Of a stretch of 64,000 nt of DNA, positions 13,316 to 24,975 are shown piece after piece. This DNA is from Octopus vulgaris (taxonomy: Eukaryota): positions 14,260,001 to 14,324,000 of the forward strand of contig OX597840.1 in assembly GCA_951406725.2 (NCBI GenBank), in the 5' to 3' direction. The first letter of the stretch is position 1. Each line of letters begins with the position of its first letter. The position numbers were made by a program, and so were the translations under genes. The notes beneath the pieces are model-generated. The model did not search any database and had not been told where the DNA came from. It saw only the letters and a program-made list of their open reading frames with translations.

Positions 13316-14613
13316 AATAATAATAATAATGATATATTATTATTATTATTATTATTTTCATTATCATCTTCTTTCAATTCTGTTTCCATTTCTTACCGAG
13401 TGTCTTCCTGTCACCTAGGGCAGAGAAATGTACTGTATACATTGGTAGGCCATTAAAATAAACACACCAAATTGACCATTTACAATGTAATGTGATGGAG
13501 AAAAAGGGAAGACAGAGAGAAAAAGGAAAAATAAAAAATGAGAAAGTAAACATAGGCACAGGAGTGGGTGTGTAGTAAGAACAACAGGCTTTTTTCAGTT
13601 TCCGTCTACCAAATCCACTCACAAGGTACTTGCCCAAGGTGCCACGGAGTGGGACTGAACCCAGAACCATGTGGTTGATTAGCAAGCTACTTACCACACA
13701 GCCACTTCTGCACCTATATGTATATTTCCCTTCCTTTTCATTGTATACTGTGTATACTTACATCTTTTTTTTTTTTTTTTTTGTTATTTAATTATTTTAT
13801 CATTTCATTATATGTAAACACCCACGCTTTATGTCTGTCTTTGTGTTGTCCCACCTCATCCTTTGGCCCAGTGGCATTTCATCTGCTGTTACGTTCTGAT
13901 TTCAAATTCCATCAAGGTTGACTTTGCCTTTCATCCTTTCAGGGTCGATAAATTAAGTACCAGTGAAACACTGGAGTCAATGTAAACGACTAGTCCCCTT
14001 CCCACAAATTTCAGGAGAAAGGATTATCATTATTATTATTACTGTTATTATTATGATTATTATTATTATTATTATTACTATTAGTAGTAGTAGTAGTAGA
14101 TTGAGCAGCCATGCAGTGTCTTCATCGTAAGCTGTTAAGGCTATTGGATTCCATTAGGGCTAGTTTTTAGCTCTGATATTACAATATTCATTAGAGGAGA
14201 GAGAGAGAGAAAGAGAGAGAGCTTGATGGGGGAGGTAAATCTTTAAACCATTAATGCTTTATGTGACCTTTTGCCATTACAAGTCAAGATTAAGATGTTC
14301 TAGACTTGCATTCTTTGAGTCTTCCTGCTTCTGGTACAGAATCTTCCAAAGATCCAGTACATTGCCTAAGGCATGTAACAGAAGGTGCGTTAATCGTGAA
14401 ATTAGGATTCTTATGTGTGTAAGTATCTCTGTAAATAGACGCATGCATGCATGAACGCAAGCATGCACATACACACATGCACATGTAGATATACATGTAT
14501 ACATTCTATATTATTTACTTCTTTACAATATGACCTCAGGTATACTGGGAACCGATTTCTGTATTAATATCAGTGAGTGTATGCCTGTTTGTGTGCGTGT
14601 GTGCGTGTGTGCA

Positions 14614-14722
<109 letters not shown>

Positions 14723-15164
14723 CCATTATACGTAAACCGAATGCTAGCCATTTAAAATACACACTTATATTTACTTTTTAATGATATCAAATGTTACCAT
14801 TATAACAACAGTATTAAATATTCTCATAGATTACCCTCATTGATATTTCAAATGACCATTTAGAGGATGGAAACTGTTGATGTTTAATATATAATATATT
14901 CACTAAATAACAGTGATGTGTGTGTGTGTGTGTGTAATATTAACACTTGATAACAGGAGAATGGATGTAAAGGTTATGTGTGTGGATGTGTTAAATGGCT
15001 TCAGTGACTCTTCCATGAGTTAATTGCTTTAGTTTCAAGAGGATTTTGCAGATCAGGTCAATTGATAAAACAGTTACAACTCTAAAATACACACGCATAC
15101 ATACATATAACCACATCCACACTCACACTCACATACATACACACATGCGCACGCATGTGCTACG

Positions 15165-15315
15165 TCAGCTGGATCAGTGAGCCGATACTCTGAAGTTTTC
15201 CTGGGTGACCACTTTATCAAACAGTAAACTAGACTGGTCACTGTTTGATAAAGTGGTCATCCGGCGGGGGTGGGTGGGGGTGAACTGCAGAGTAACAGCT
15301 GACTGATTCAGCTGA
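15165..15315. repeat. Nested inverted repeat with a perfect 20-bp inner stem
   Basis: 15206-15225 TGACCACTTTATCAAACAGT is the exact reverse complement of 15240-15259. Outer arms TCAGCTGGATCAGT..CTCTGAAGTT / AACTGCAGAG..ACTGATTCAGCTGA. Confidence 0.85.
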
Positions 15316-16241
15316 AATATTTTATACATAAATACCCTGTGTGTGTGTGTGTGTGTTGAAACTAAAGCAGTTACGCAAACAGAAATCTCACAGCCATTTA
15401 AAATACACGTCTATACCATTATAATGACTTTAGTATATATTATTGAGAGTCTTTCATTCTGTGTAAGTTGAAGAAAATATCAGTGACAGTAGTACATACT
15501 CACACATACACACACATACACACATATATTGCACAGGCTGAAGTAATCTGTCATTGCTCATGCTGAAGACACTAGGAATTAATGTGGAAATCAGAAAATA
15601 ATTCACTGAAATTTTCATGAAGCGTCTTGGTCAGTAATGCGTAGACTTTCAGACGAGGCATCCAGCCAACATTTTTTTCAGAAAATCTCTTTGGATTTCT
15701 ATGTTTTAAACACTGGAAATCGCAATTCTGTAATGAAAAAATATTTATGGTTTAGTCTCCACTCCTCCAATCTAACCCTAACCAGACTCTAAACCCAACC
15801 CTTTCTAACCATAAATCTATGTTGTGAATCCTTAATCCTAAACCCATTTTTTCTTGAATAATTATAATTTCCTTTATTTAAAATATAATTCCCCCCAAAA
15901 GAATCTAAACGTAAAAGAATTTCCCCCAGATAAAAAAATGAATATGTTGTGGCCAACCATGTATTCTGAAATAGAGAAAGGTCTGGAGCCCCACAAAATA
16001 TTTAAATTGGAATTTTGAATTTTTTTTCTTTCTCAGAATTGTAATTCCTGATGTTTTGCTTAAGACACAGTGATCTGAAGATATTTTCTACAATAAATAA
16101 ATAAATAGATTAATAGATAAGCCAAAGATGATGATACTCTGTTCAAAACATTGACAAACAATGTTAGTGTATTAGATGTCCCAACTTTTTACACTTGACC
16201 AAAATGTGGAGCATCTCAAATCATTGTCCTGCAGTTACTGT

Positions 16242-16466
16242 TTAACCCCTTAGCAACCAGATTACCCTGTCAAATGTAATCCTTATTTATTCTCATTCTT
16301 TTGAATTAGTTATGGATTATCTCAAACCTCTGAGATTTTCATGATGAGACTGCTTATTTTTTAGTGTGACATTGTAGGGTAGGTATGAGAAGTGAGATCT
16401 GGCTGGTTTCAGCATAAAACAGAATATTTTGGCCAGATGTGACTAATTTAAATGGTCAAGGACTAA
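16242..16466. mobile_element. ~220-bp piggyBac-type (TTAA) MITE, diverged
   Basis: TTAA-CCCCTTAGCA start; homologous to 55552-55774 and a partial copy at 33335-33452. Confidence 0.65.
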
Positions 16467-16938
16467 GGTGCAAGCCCTTTATACATTCTTTAATCATAAT
16501 CCTTCTAGTGATGGAACCAAGTGCAAACACCACTTGTGGCTTTTGTTTAGAGTTACTTTCATCTAGAGATGGGTTGCCATTCATGGTCCAGCTCTACGTA
16601 TCCCTTTTATTGGTCAGTGGTTGAATGACACCAGGGTATATCCACACCCTGGCTGGACTGTGTCTATCTCTGTGGGCATTGCTGCTCTGATTTTGACTAC
16701 AGATTAATCTGGGACTGTAAGGTATCCAGTTCCTATGTGAGACCAGAAGGAGGCAGTACCAGATTCTTGGGGGTAGTAGAAAGACTGTGTTCCAATAGGA
16801 GACATATGCAAAGAAAGTTAGGGGGTGCACTACTGCACCAACTGTCCATACACACAGGACTTTGCCTTTCATCTTTTCGGGGACAATAAAATAAGTACCA
16901 GTTAAACACTGGGGTTGAAGGTTGTGAACTTGCAGAGT

Positions 16939-17172
16939 CACCCTTCTGGAGTCAACTTTACCTTTCACTCTTTTGAGGTTGATTTTGCCGTTCACCTTTT
17001 TGGGGGCGATTTTGCCTTTCACCCTTTTGGAGTCAACTTTTCCTTTCACCCTTTCGGGGTTGTTTTTCCCTTTCACCCTTTTGGGGTCGACTTTGCTTTT
17101 CACCCTTTCCGTGTCGATTTTGCCATTCACCCTTTTGGGGTTGATTTTGCCTTTCACCCTTTCAAGGTTGAT
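16939..17172 (+). repeat. ~30-bp x ~7.5 tandem array derived from the SINE B core
   Basis: Unit ~GGGGTCGACTTTGCCTTTCACCCTTTT repeated, then the normal SINE B 3' part to ~17265. Confidence 0.85.
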
Positions 17173-17457
17173 ATAATGAGTACCAGTTGAACACTGGGGT
17201 TGATGTAACTAACTTACCCCTCCCCCAGAATTGCTGGGCTTGAGCCAAAATTTAAAATTGATATTATTGTAAACCAGTACCTTGTGGTGATGAAAGGTTT
17301 TTGGCTAATGTTCTCATAAAACAAACCCAATGAATAAAATAACTTCATTTTTGTGTCATGGAATCCATCACACAAGAATTTTGTTCTTTATTCTATCAAC
17401 ATGGAAAAGAAACTTTCTCCATTGATGGAAAACAGACCATAAGAAAATATTGTGTGC

Positions 17458-17822
17458 ACGTGCAGGCGTGGCTGTGTGGTATGTAGCTTGCTTACCAACC
17501 ACATGGTTCTGGGTTTAGTCCCAATGTGTGGTACCTTGGGCAAGTGTCTTCTGCTCTAGCCTTGGGCTGACCAAAGCCTTGTGAATGGATTTGGTAGACA
17601 GAAACTGAAAATAGCCCGTTGTATATATGTATATATATGTTTGTGTGTCTGTGTTTGTCCACCCACCATCACTTGACAACTGATGTTGGTTTGTTTATGT
17701 CTCTGTAACCTAGCATTTCGGCAAAAGAGACCAATAGAATAAGTACGAGGCTTACAAAGAATAAGGCAGTGCTCCAACATGGCCACAGTCAAATGACTGA
17801 AACAAGTAAAAGAATAAAAGAA
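17458..17822 (+). mobile_element. SINE family A
   Basis: Head, body and tail, with a small internal deletion. Confidence 0.85.
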
Positions 17823-17992
17823 TATATACTCACAAAACTCTACTGCTGTGTGTGTGTATGTGGGGGCGGTGTCTATGTCTGTGTGTGTCTATGTGTGTGT
17901 GTTTGTGTAGATAAAGATGTATTCTTTATTTTTCTTTTCTCTTCCAAAAACTTTCAAATATTTTTTGCTTACTTTCCCTGAGAAGAAAACTG

Positions 17993-18402
17993 GGATCTTT
18001 TCAGTTTGAACGGCAGTTTTTAACATAATTTCTAGGTAACTAAAAAATTTTAAACTTCGTATACTGATAGAATGTGTTTATAAAATATCTTTTTCTCTTG
18101 GCTTTATTCAGAAAATTCTATAGTTTGTAAGTTATTTGTTGCTTTTTTTCTTCAATTCCAACCAATCACTAACGTCTATTGAGGTAAAAAAAACATTCTG
18201 TGCCATATGAATATGTCTCTCGTTTAAGAAACAGATTGGGTTTATTTACATTTGTGAAGAAAAAAAGATACCCTTCCCCCCATCCCTAACCCTAACCCTA
18301 AAACAGATTGAAATGCAATAGATCGATACTAGGGTCATAATTATGGGTGATAATTTCAGATGACACCGCTAGAAAAAACTACCATTCAAACCAAAAAGAT
18401 CC
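17993..18402. mobile_element. MITE with GG..CC termini, ~29-bp TIRs, 8-bp TSD and internal (CCCTAA)n; Merlin- or Mutator-like
   Basis: GGATCTTTTCAGTTTGAACGGCAGTTTTT / AAAAACTACCATTCAAACCAAAAAGATCC, flanked by GAAAACTG / AAAAACTG. Confidence 0.8.
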
Positions 18403-18431
18403 AAAAACTGAATTCTCACTGTGTATGTAAC

Positions 18432-18590
18432 CACTAATGTAACCAGAGTGTGTGCTGCCTGGGGCAGCCCTTCCCTTTGCTGCCCCTGGACCCTACAAAA
18501 ACATTGCCTACAGCAGACCCAAAAGTGCTGCCCCTTTAAAACTGTTGCCTGGAGTGGACAGCCCCTACCACACCCCTTAGCTACACTAGT
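18432..18590. mobile_element. Possible old hAT-type MITE
   Basis: ACTAATGTAACCAGAG / CCTTAGCTACACTAGT ends with GC-rich TGCCCC internal repeats. Confidence 0.4.
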
Positions 18591-18904
18591 TTATGTAACG
18601 TAAGTTTATGTCTGGCATGTGGTCGCTTGATATGCTAGAATTAGCAGTCAATCTCCTTATAATCACATACATACACACATATATATATATATTGTAGGGT
18701 ATTTCAAAAGTGCCCAGATGTTTCTTCAGGTCGGGTGATATTGAACCCAATGCTCCAATGACGGCAGGAACAGCCTCTCAACCTCTACGTTTGACTCTTG
18801 CAGCTGCCACGTCTTGCTGGTCTCAATTTTCAGTTCTCCATATTCGTTGACCTTTTCTCGTTATTTCATTATAATATGTTGAGTATTACTATTATTATTG
18901 TTAT

Positions 18905-19846
18905 TCAATTTTAATCTGCAAGCTTGCTACAATCACTTGCTGAGACATACCCAGTGTCCCAGGGTGAGTGAAGGACAAGAGATGACTGAAAGCTTGGGGA
19001 GGGCAAGTGGCAGGGGCAGTAACAAAATATCTTCATGTAATACAACACAGACATTTAAATCAATAGGCTTTTTCTAAGGATGTGGTTAGCACTCGTCAGC
19101 ACAATCTTTAGGATTTCTCTGAGACACAGTTTGCCTGAGATGTTGTCTAGATATTTCTGACATCCTTGTTTTTTATTATCATATCTAGGGCACCCACAAT
19201 AACAGGAACAGTTCACACTTTAAGATGCCACATCTTTTGTATTTCAATTTCCAGGTTCTTATATTTACTTATGGAGATGTACTTGCAAAGCAAGTGACCT
19301 GATCTGAAATTGTGTGCTGGAACGAAAACATTTGCAGCGTGGAAGGTGTTTATAAGCCATTTAAGAAACACACAAAAACCATTAGATTCACTTCAACATT
19401 TAAATTTAATTTGCCAAAATATTTTTGTTGCTTTGAGACCGTGACCTGTTCACTGACAAAATTCCATGCTGCATCTTGGAATTTTGTCAGTGCTGCAACA
19501 CAGTATTTTGTCAGTGAACAAGTCACGGTCTCAAAGCAACGAAAATATTTTGGCAAATTAAACTTAAATGTTGAAGTGAATCTAATGGTTTTTGTGTGTT
19601 TCTTAAATGGCTTATAAACACCTTCCATGCTGCAATTGTATATTTCCTTAATTAGTCAAATTCCTTTACAGTGGGAAGTATTTTTTCCCTGTCATTAACA
19701 ATTATGTCTTGCTGATTAGTCGGATTGTTTTGTTAGTGTTGACTGAAAAATCCCTGAGAGTAGTGACATTTTTACCTTCAACGACTGGCTCAGGATGATG
19801 TTCATACCAGTTGGCAGAAATGCTGATTTTGTAGCGTTTACATATG
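18905..19846 (-). pseudogene. R4/Dong-clade LINE 3' end: restriction-like endonuclease region, stop, 3' UTR, TAA tail; split by a palindromic insert
   Basis: Minus strand ICKRYKISISANWYEHHPEPVVEGKNVTTLRDFSVNTNKTI/TNQQDIIVNDREKN (19846-19675) and SKYKNLEIEIQKMWHLKV*TVPVIVGALDMI/..EILKIVLTSANHILRKSLLI* (19270-19055). Confidence 0.85.
19332..19635. repeat. Near-perfect palindrome, ~131-bp arms, 42-bp spacer
   Basis: 19332-19462 matches the reverse complement of 19505-19635 with few mismatches; it gives near-identical ORFs on both strands in the track. Confidence 0.95.
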
Positions 19847-20255
19847 AAGATAAACAGCACATGGCCTTGAAGGTGGGGCCCAGTTAGAATTTTCTTCTGG
19901 TTGAGTAGCCCATCCCACTCAGACGGTCACTGCATAAGGGTTGTTTAAGGATGTTCAACGAACCACCCATGTTTCCAGAGGTGAATTATTCAAACCCCAA
20001 AGAATCCCTCTCAACACATGGCTATGATGCTCCCTCACTACGTCTGCTCGTGGTCAGAGATGCACATATCATCAGCCACTAAGGGACATGCTCAACTGGT
20101 TAAGGTCAAACAACTGACAAGCAAATCTGTGGTATTGAGCAGAATATTTGCTGTAGCCCATCTTTTATACCAAGACAAAACAATGTACAGGATAACACTT
20201 CCAGTCAGTTAAGATCAGCAGCCAAGAGAGCCACTCTCTGGTACTGCATTAGGGC
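19841..20255 (-). mobile_element. Family E element (partial) fused to the Dong endonuclease fragment
   Basis: Matches ~10475-10876; junction at CATAT microhomology; (TTA)n beyond 20255. Confidence 0.8.
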
Positions 20256-20494
20256 TTTTATTATTATTATTATTATTCTTATTCTTCTTCTTCTTCTTCT
20301 TCTTATTATTATTATGGTGCCGAACTGGCAGAATTGTTAGCATGCTGAGTGAAATGCTTATTGGCATTTCATTTGTCTTTGTTCTGAGTTCAAATTCTGG
20401 GGTTGATAAATGAAGTACCAGTGAAACACTGGGTTGATGTAATTGATTAGTCTGCTCTCCCAAAATTTCAGGCCTTGTGCCTATAATAGAAAGG

Positions 20495-20536
<42 letters not shown>

Positions 20537-20885
20537 GTTATTAAGAAAGGCAACCTCCATCCACCATATTGATAATATGTTCCTTTCCTCATAGAAATTA
20601 TTCATCACTATTTCCCATATTGCATTCACTTCAGCTGCTTCACCACTTCCTATCATTACTGATCTCCTCCTCCATAAACATCCCATGGCCCTTCTAATAC
20701 TCTCCTCTCCCTTGTACACCCCGTTTCTTTTTATACCCAACTTTTTCTCTCTTGGCAAATTTGTCTTCTGATGTTTATGTACATTAAAATTATAGGAAAA
20801 TAATACCAGATTGTCAATACCTTTGATTCTAGGATTGCTTGACACAGGGCTGTCCTGTGGCTAAACAACTTCAACAGCAACAACA

Positions 20886-21195
20886 GGCTCTCTGTGAGTT
20901 ACGATGCCCAAGGGTTCCAGTTGATCCAATCTATAGAACAGCTTGCTTGTGAAATTAACATGCAAGTGGCTGAGTACTCCAGAGACATGTGTACCCAAGG
21001 AGATTCAGCATGACACAGAATATGACAAGGCTGGCCCCTTTTGAAATAAAAGTATAACTCATTTTCCCCAGCTGAGTAGAATGGAGCAATGTGAAATAAA
21101 GCACCTTGCTCAAGGACACAACATGTCACCAGGAATTGAACTCACAATTTTGCGATCACAAGCTGACTACCCTAACCACTAAGCCATATGCCCTC
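20886..21195 (-). mobile_element. tRNA-derived SINE, family C
   Basis: Minus strand TGGCTTAGTGG A box, GAGTTCAATTCC B box, TGTGTCCTTGAGCAAG core; homologous to 62939-63262. Confidence 0.8.
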
Positions 21196-22059
21196 ACAAT
21201 CCATGAAAGAAATCTATAAAACATAAATCATTATTATTTAGCCCCGAGTCAGCAATGAGCAATTAAGAGAACTCAACCTTTAGAATTTAACATTAAAAAT
21301 GAATAAAGAAGTTATTTGTAATAATAATCAACACTTCATAAATATTACGAAGTTATTGACTTTGTGTACAGGATTCAGTGTGAAGAGGGGTCGGGGGTCT
21401 GAGAAGGTGCTTGTGTCTGCTCTGGACTACATAATCAGGTGAATAATTGATGAATGTATGAATCATGTTACCAACTCGTACATGCTTGTTAGTGACTGTC
21501 CTGGTTTGTGTGTGTCTGTGTGTGTGTATAATACTATTATATAATATTATAAGGCAGAATGGTTAGCATGCTGGACAAAGTGCTTGGCAGCATTTTGTCT
21601 GTCTTTATTTCTGAGTTCAAATTCTGTCAAAGTCAACTTGCCTTTCATTTCTTTCGGGGGTTGATGAAATAAGTACCAGTCAAGTACTGAGGGTGTCCAT
21701 AGTTGACAGGAGTAAATCATCATCATTTAGTGTCTTATTTCTTTACTGCCTACAAGGGGCTCCACACAGAGGTAAGAAATAAGGACAGACAAACGGATTA
21801 AGTCAATTTCATTGACCCCAGTGCGTAACTGGTACTTAATTTATCGACCCCGATAGTGTCTGTTGTTGTTCATGCTGGCATGGGTTGGACGGTTTGACCA
21901 GATTTGGTATGCTGAGGGACCGCACCAGACTCTAGTGGTCTAAAGAACACTAGGGTTTCTTCAAGACTCCGGTGTCCTTTGAAACCCTTTATTTGGAAAG
22001 TACTATTCAATTAACCTGGGAGTATTGTTCGGTTCCTTTGTCTCATCTTTTTGTACAGT

Positions 22060-22440
22060 CAGGAGTGGCTGTGTGGTAAGTAGCTTGCTTACCAACCACA
22101 TGGTTCCGTGTATAGTGTCTTCTACTATAGCCTCGGGCCGACCAAAACCTTGTGAGTGGATTTTGTAGATGGAAACTGAAAGAAGCCCGTCGTATATATG
22201 TATTTGTATATATATATATATATGTGTGTGTTTTAGTGTCTGTGTTTGTTCCCCCAACATCACTTGACAACTGATGCTGGTATGTTTACGTCCCCGTAAC
22301 TTAGCGGTTCAGCAAAAGAGAGAGATAGATTAAGTACTAGGCTTACAAAGAATAAGTCCTGGGATCGATTTGCTCGACTAAAGGTAGTGCTCCAGCATGG
22401 CTGCAGTCAAAATGACTGGAACAAGTAAAAGAGTAAAGAG
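22060..22440 (+). mobile_element. SINE family A
   Basis: Near full length with a short deletion after GGTTCCG. Confidence 0.88.
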
Positions 22441-22474
22441 TATAAAAAACTCTCACCAATCAAGACAGAAATCT

Positions 22475-22925
22475 GCTTTAAGCACCCCAAACAAATTCTC
22501 ATAATTTTTTTGGTTTTATGGAACTTTCAGAAAATTTTTGTGAATTTGTGTTTTACACACAGGAAGTCATATGACTATGAAAAATTTTATTTTCTAATTT
22601 TTTGAATCTGAAAAAAAATTTTTGAATTTTTAAAAACCATAGGCCAAATTTTTGGCTTATTTTCTTGCAGTAGACCATTGAATGTGTTTATGAGAAGAAA
22701 GATATTGAAAGACATCAGTACGTCAGAGTGACAAACAACTGAGGAGGGTATCAGGTGGTCGTAAGATGTGCTAAAAATAACAGCTAAATACCCATGAAAT
22801 CACACATTTTTTTTCCAGATTTTATATAATTGTAGGGATTCCCATTTGTTGAACACAAATTTGCCAACATTTTTTGAAAATACCCCAAAATAAGTTATGA
22901 GGGCTTTTGTGGGGTACTTGAAGCA
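22475..22925. mobile_element. Old MITE with ~90-bp diverged terminal inverted repeats
   Basis: GCTTTAAGCACCCCAAACAAATTCTCATAA / TTATGAGGGCTTTTGTGGGGTACTTGAAGC. Confidence 0.55.
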
Positions 22926-23360
22926 CAATTCCTCTCCACCTTACTCCCATCATTTGTAAAGGTGCAGTGGAAAACAAATTTTAAAAATCCCTATCTTCTT
23001 ATAATGAAAATTGCCCAGCAAAGACAGGAGACTCAGAGTGTCTTTATATTTATGTGTACGTATCCATATACATACACATGTCTGTCTGTCTGTCTGTCTA
23101 GTTACGCACACATAAATATAAATACACATACATACAGATGCACTGAGCTATAAATGCAGGTTTATATGCCTTATTAACATCATGGTTTCCAGTCGATTAT
23201 ATTTTTATACTTTTATCTCTGTCTCTCTGTCCGTCTCATTTATCCGTGTATGGAGTGTGAATATATTTGTGTGTTTGTATGTAAAGGTAGTCAACTACCT
23301 GGCTGTTTATTTAATTGTGCATACATTATTTCTCTGCCTACCCACTCATGCGTATGTTAA

Positions 23361-23409
<49 letters not shown>

Positions 23410-23418
23410 ATAATATAT

Positions 23419-23809
23419 ACTCTTTTACTCATTTACTTGTTTCAGTCATTAGACTGTGGCCATGCTGGAGCACCACCTTTAGTCGAGCAAATCGACCCCG
23501 GGACTTATTCTTTGTAAGCCTAGTACTTATTCTATCGATCTCTTTTGCCAAACCGCTAAGTTACAGGGACATAAACACACCAGCATCGGTTGTCAAGTGA
23601 TATTGGGGGGAGAAACACAGACACACAAACACATACATATATACGACGGGCTTCTTTCAGTTTCTGTCTACCAAATTCACTCACAAGGCTTTGGTCAGCC
23701 TGAGGCTATAGTAGAAGACACTTGCCCAAGATGCCACGCAGTGGGACTGAACCTGGAACCATGTGGTTGGTAAGCAAGCTACTTACCACATAGCCACTCC
23801 TGCGGCTAT
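23419..23809 (-). mobile_element. SINE family A, full length
   Basis: Reverse complement of the family A head, body and tail. Confidence 0.9.
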
Positions 23810-23821
23810 ATATATATATAT

Positions 23822-24022
23822 AAATTTAAATAAACAGAAAATGGATGAAACTTTTGATTAACAAACAAACAAATTGACCAACATGGGTTAATTATCTTTT
23901 AATACAAAACATAACATAAAAGTGTTTATGGGAAGAAAGATAAAATGAAATAACTAACCGATGTTGGTCAATTTGTTTGTTGATCAAAAAGTTTTCTCCA
24001 TTTTCTCTGCTTATTTAAATTT
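23822..24022. repeat. Foldback palindrome, ~70-bp arms
   Basis: AAATTTAAATAA..GAAAATGGA..AAACAAATTGACCAACAT / ATGTTGGTCAATTTGTTT..TCCATTTTC..TTATTTAAATTT. Confidence 0.8.
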
Positions 24023-24708
24023 GATTCTTGATAAACTTTTGTTTATTCAGTTTTTACCTGTACCCTATGAGTATAGTACACTTGTATACCCATGACCAGG
24101 GATAACATAAGGTAAATGATGCCGGTTGTAAGAACAACTATTCTTATTCCTTAGATGGTTATTCATTAATCAGAATTATATTTTAATAATTATACTTTAA
24201 ATGTTTATCTATATATGTATATATACATATGACTATATATATATAGCGGTGCCCCAGCATGGCCACAGCTCATGAGCTGAAACTAGATAAAAAAAAAATA
24301 TATATATATATTCATATCAATCTCTCTATGTATATATATATATATATATATACATACATACATAAATACATATGCACATTCATATACATCTTATATATTT
24401 CTGCCCACCTGTCTTCCTCTTAGAGCCACTCTTGACCCTGTGCTCCTAGTGGTTCAAATCATTTGAATACTTATGCCGTTTTATATATATGTTTTGAGGT
24501 GAAATATATCTCATCTCTGAAGTTTTTTTTACCTGTGTGTGTGTATGTGTATTTGTATGTATGTGTTCGTGCGTTTGTGTGCATTTGTGTGTACGTGCAT
24601 ATAAACGCACACATGCGCATGTATGTACACTCCCTTTGTATCTATCAAAGTATCTTTCAGATGAATGTTCAACTTCCTTATCTATCTATTTACCAATCTT
24701 TCTATCTA

Positions 24709-24795
<87 letters not shown>

Positions 24796-24975
24796 GTCTG
24801 TCTCTCTCTCTCTCCCTCTATCTATCTATCTATTAGTCTGTCTGTCTATCTATTTATCTATCTATCTGTCTATCTATTTATCTATCTATCAATATATAAA
24901 TATATATATATATATTTGTTTGTTTGTTTGTTTCATTCTCTCTAAATGTCAATTTTTTTCCCCTTTCTTTCAGAC

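Noticed and set aside
14100-14400. Candidate upstream exon (CAG..GAAG|GTGCGT)
   Set aside because: Splice-like motifs alone are insufficient; no recognisable peptide or other support.
16939-17172. CRISPR-like regular 30-bp repeats
   Set aside because: Contiguous tandem units without unique spacers, derived from a SINE core, in a eukaryotic context with no cas genes.
19312-19628. Two similar antiparallel ORFs
   Set aside because: A direct consequence of the DNA palindrome; no coding signal.
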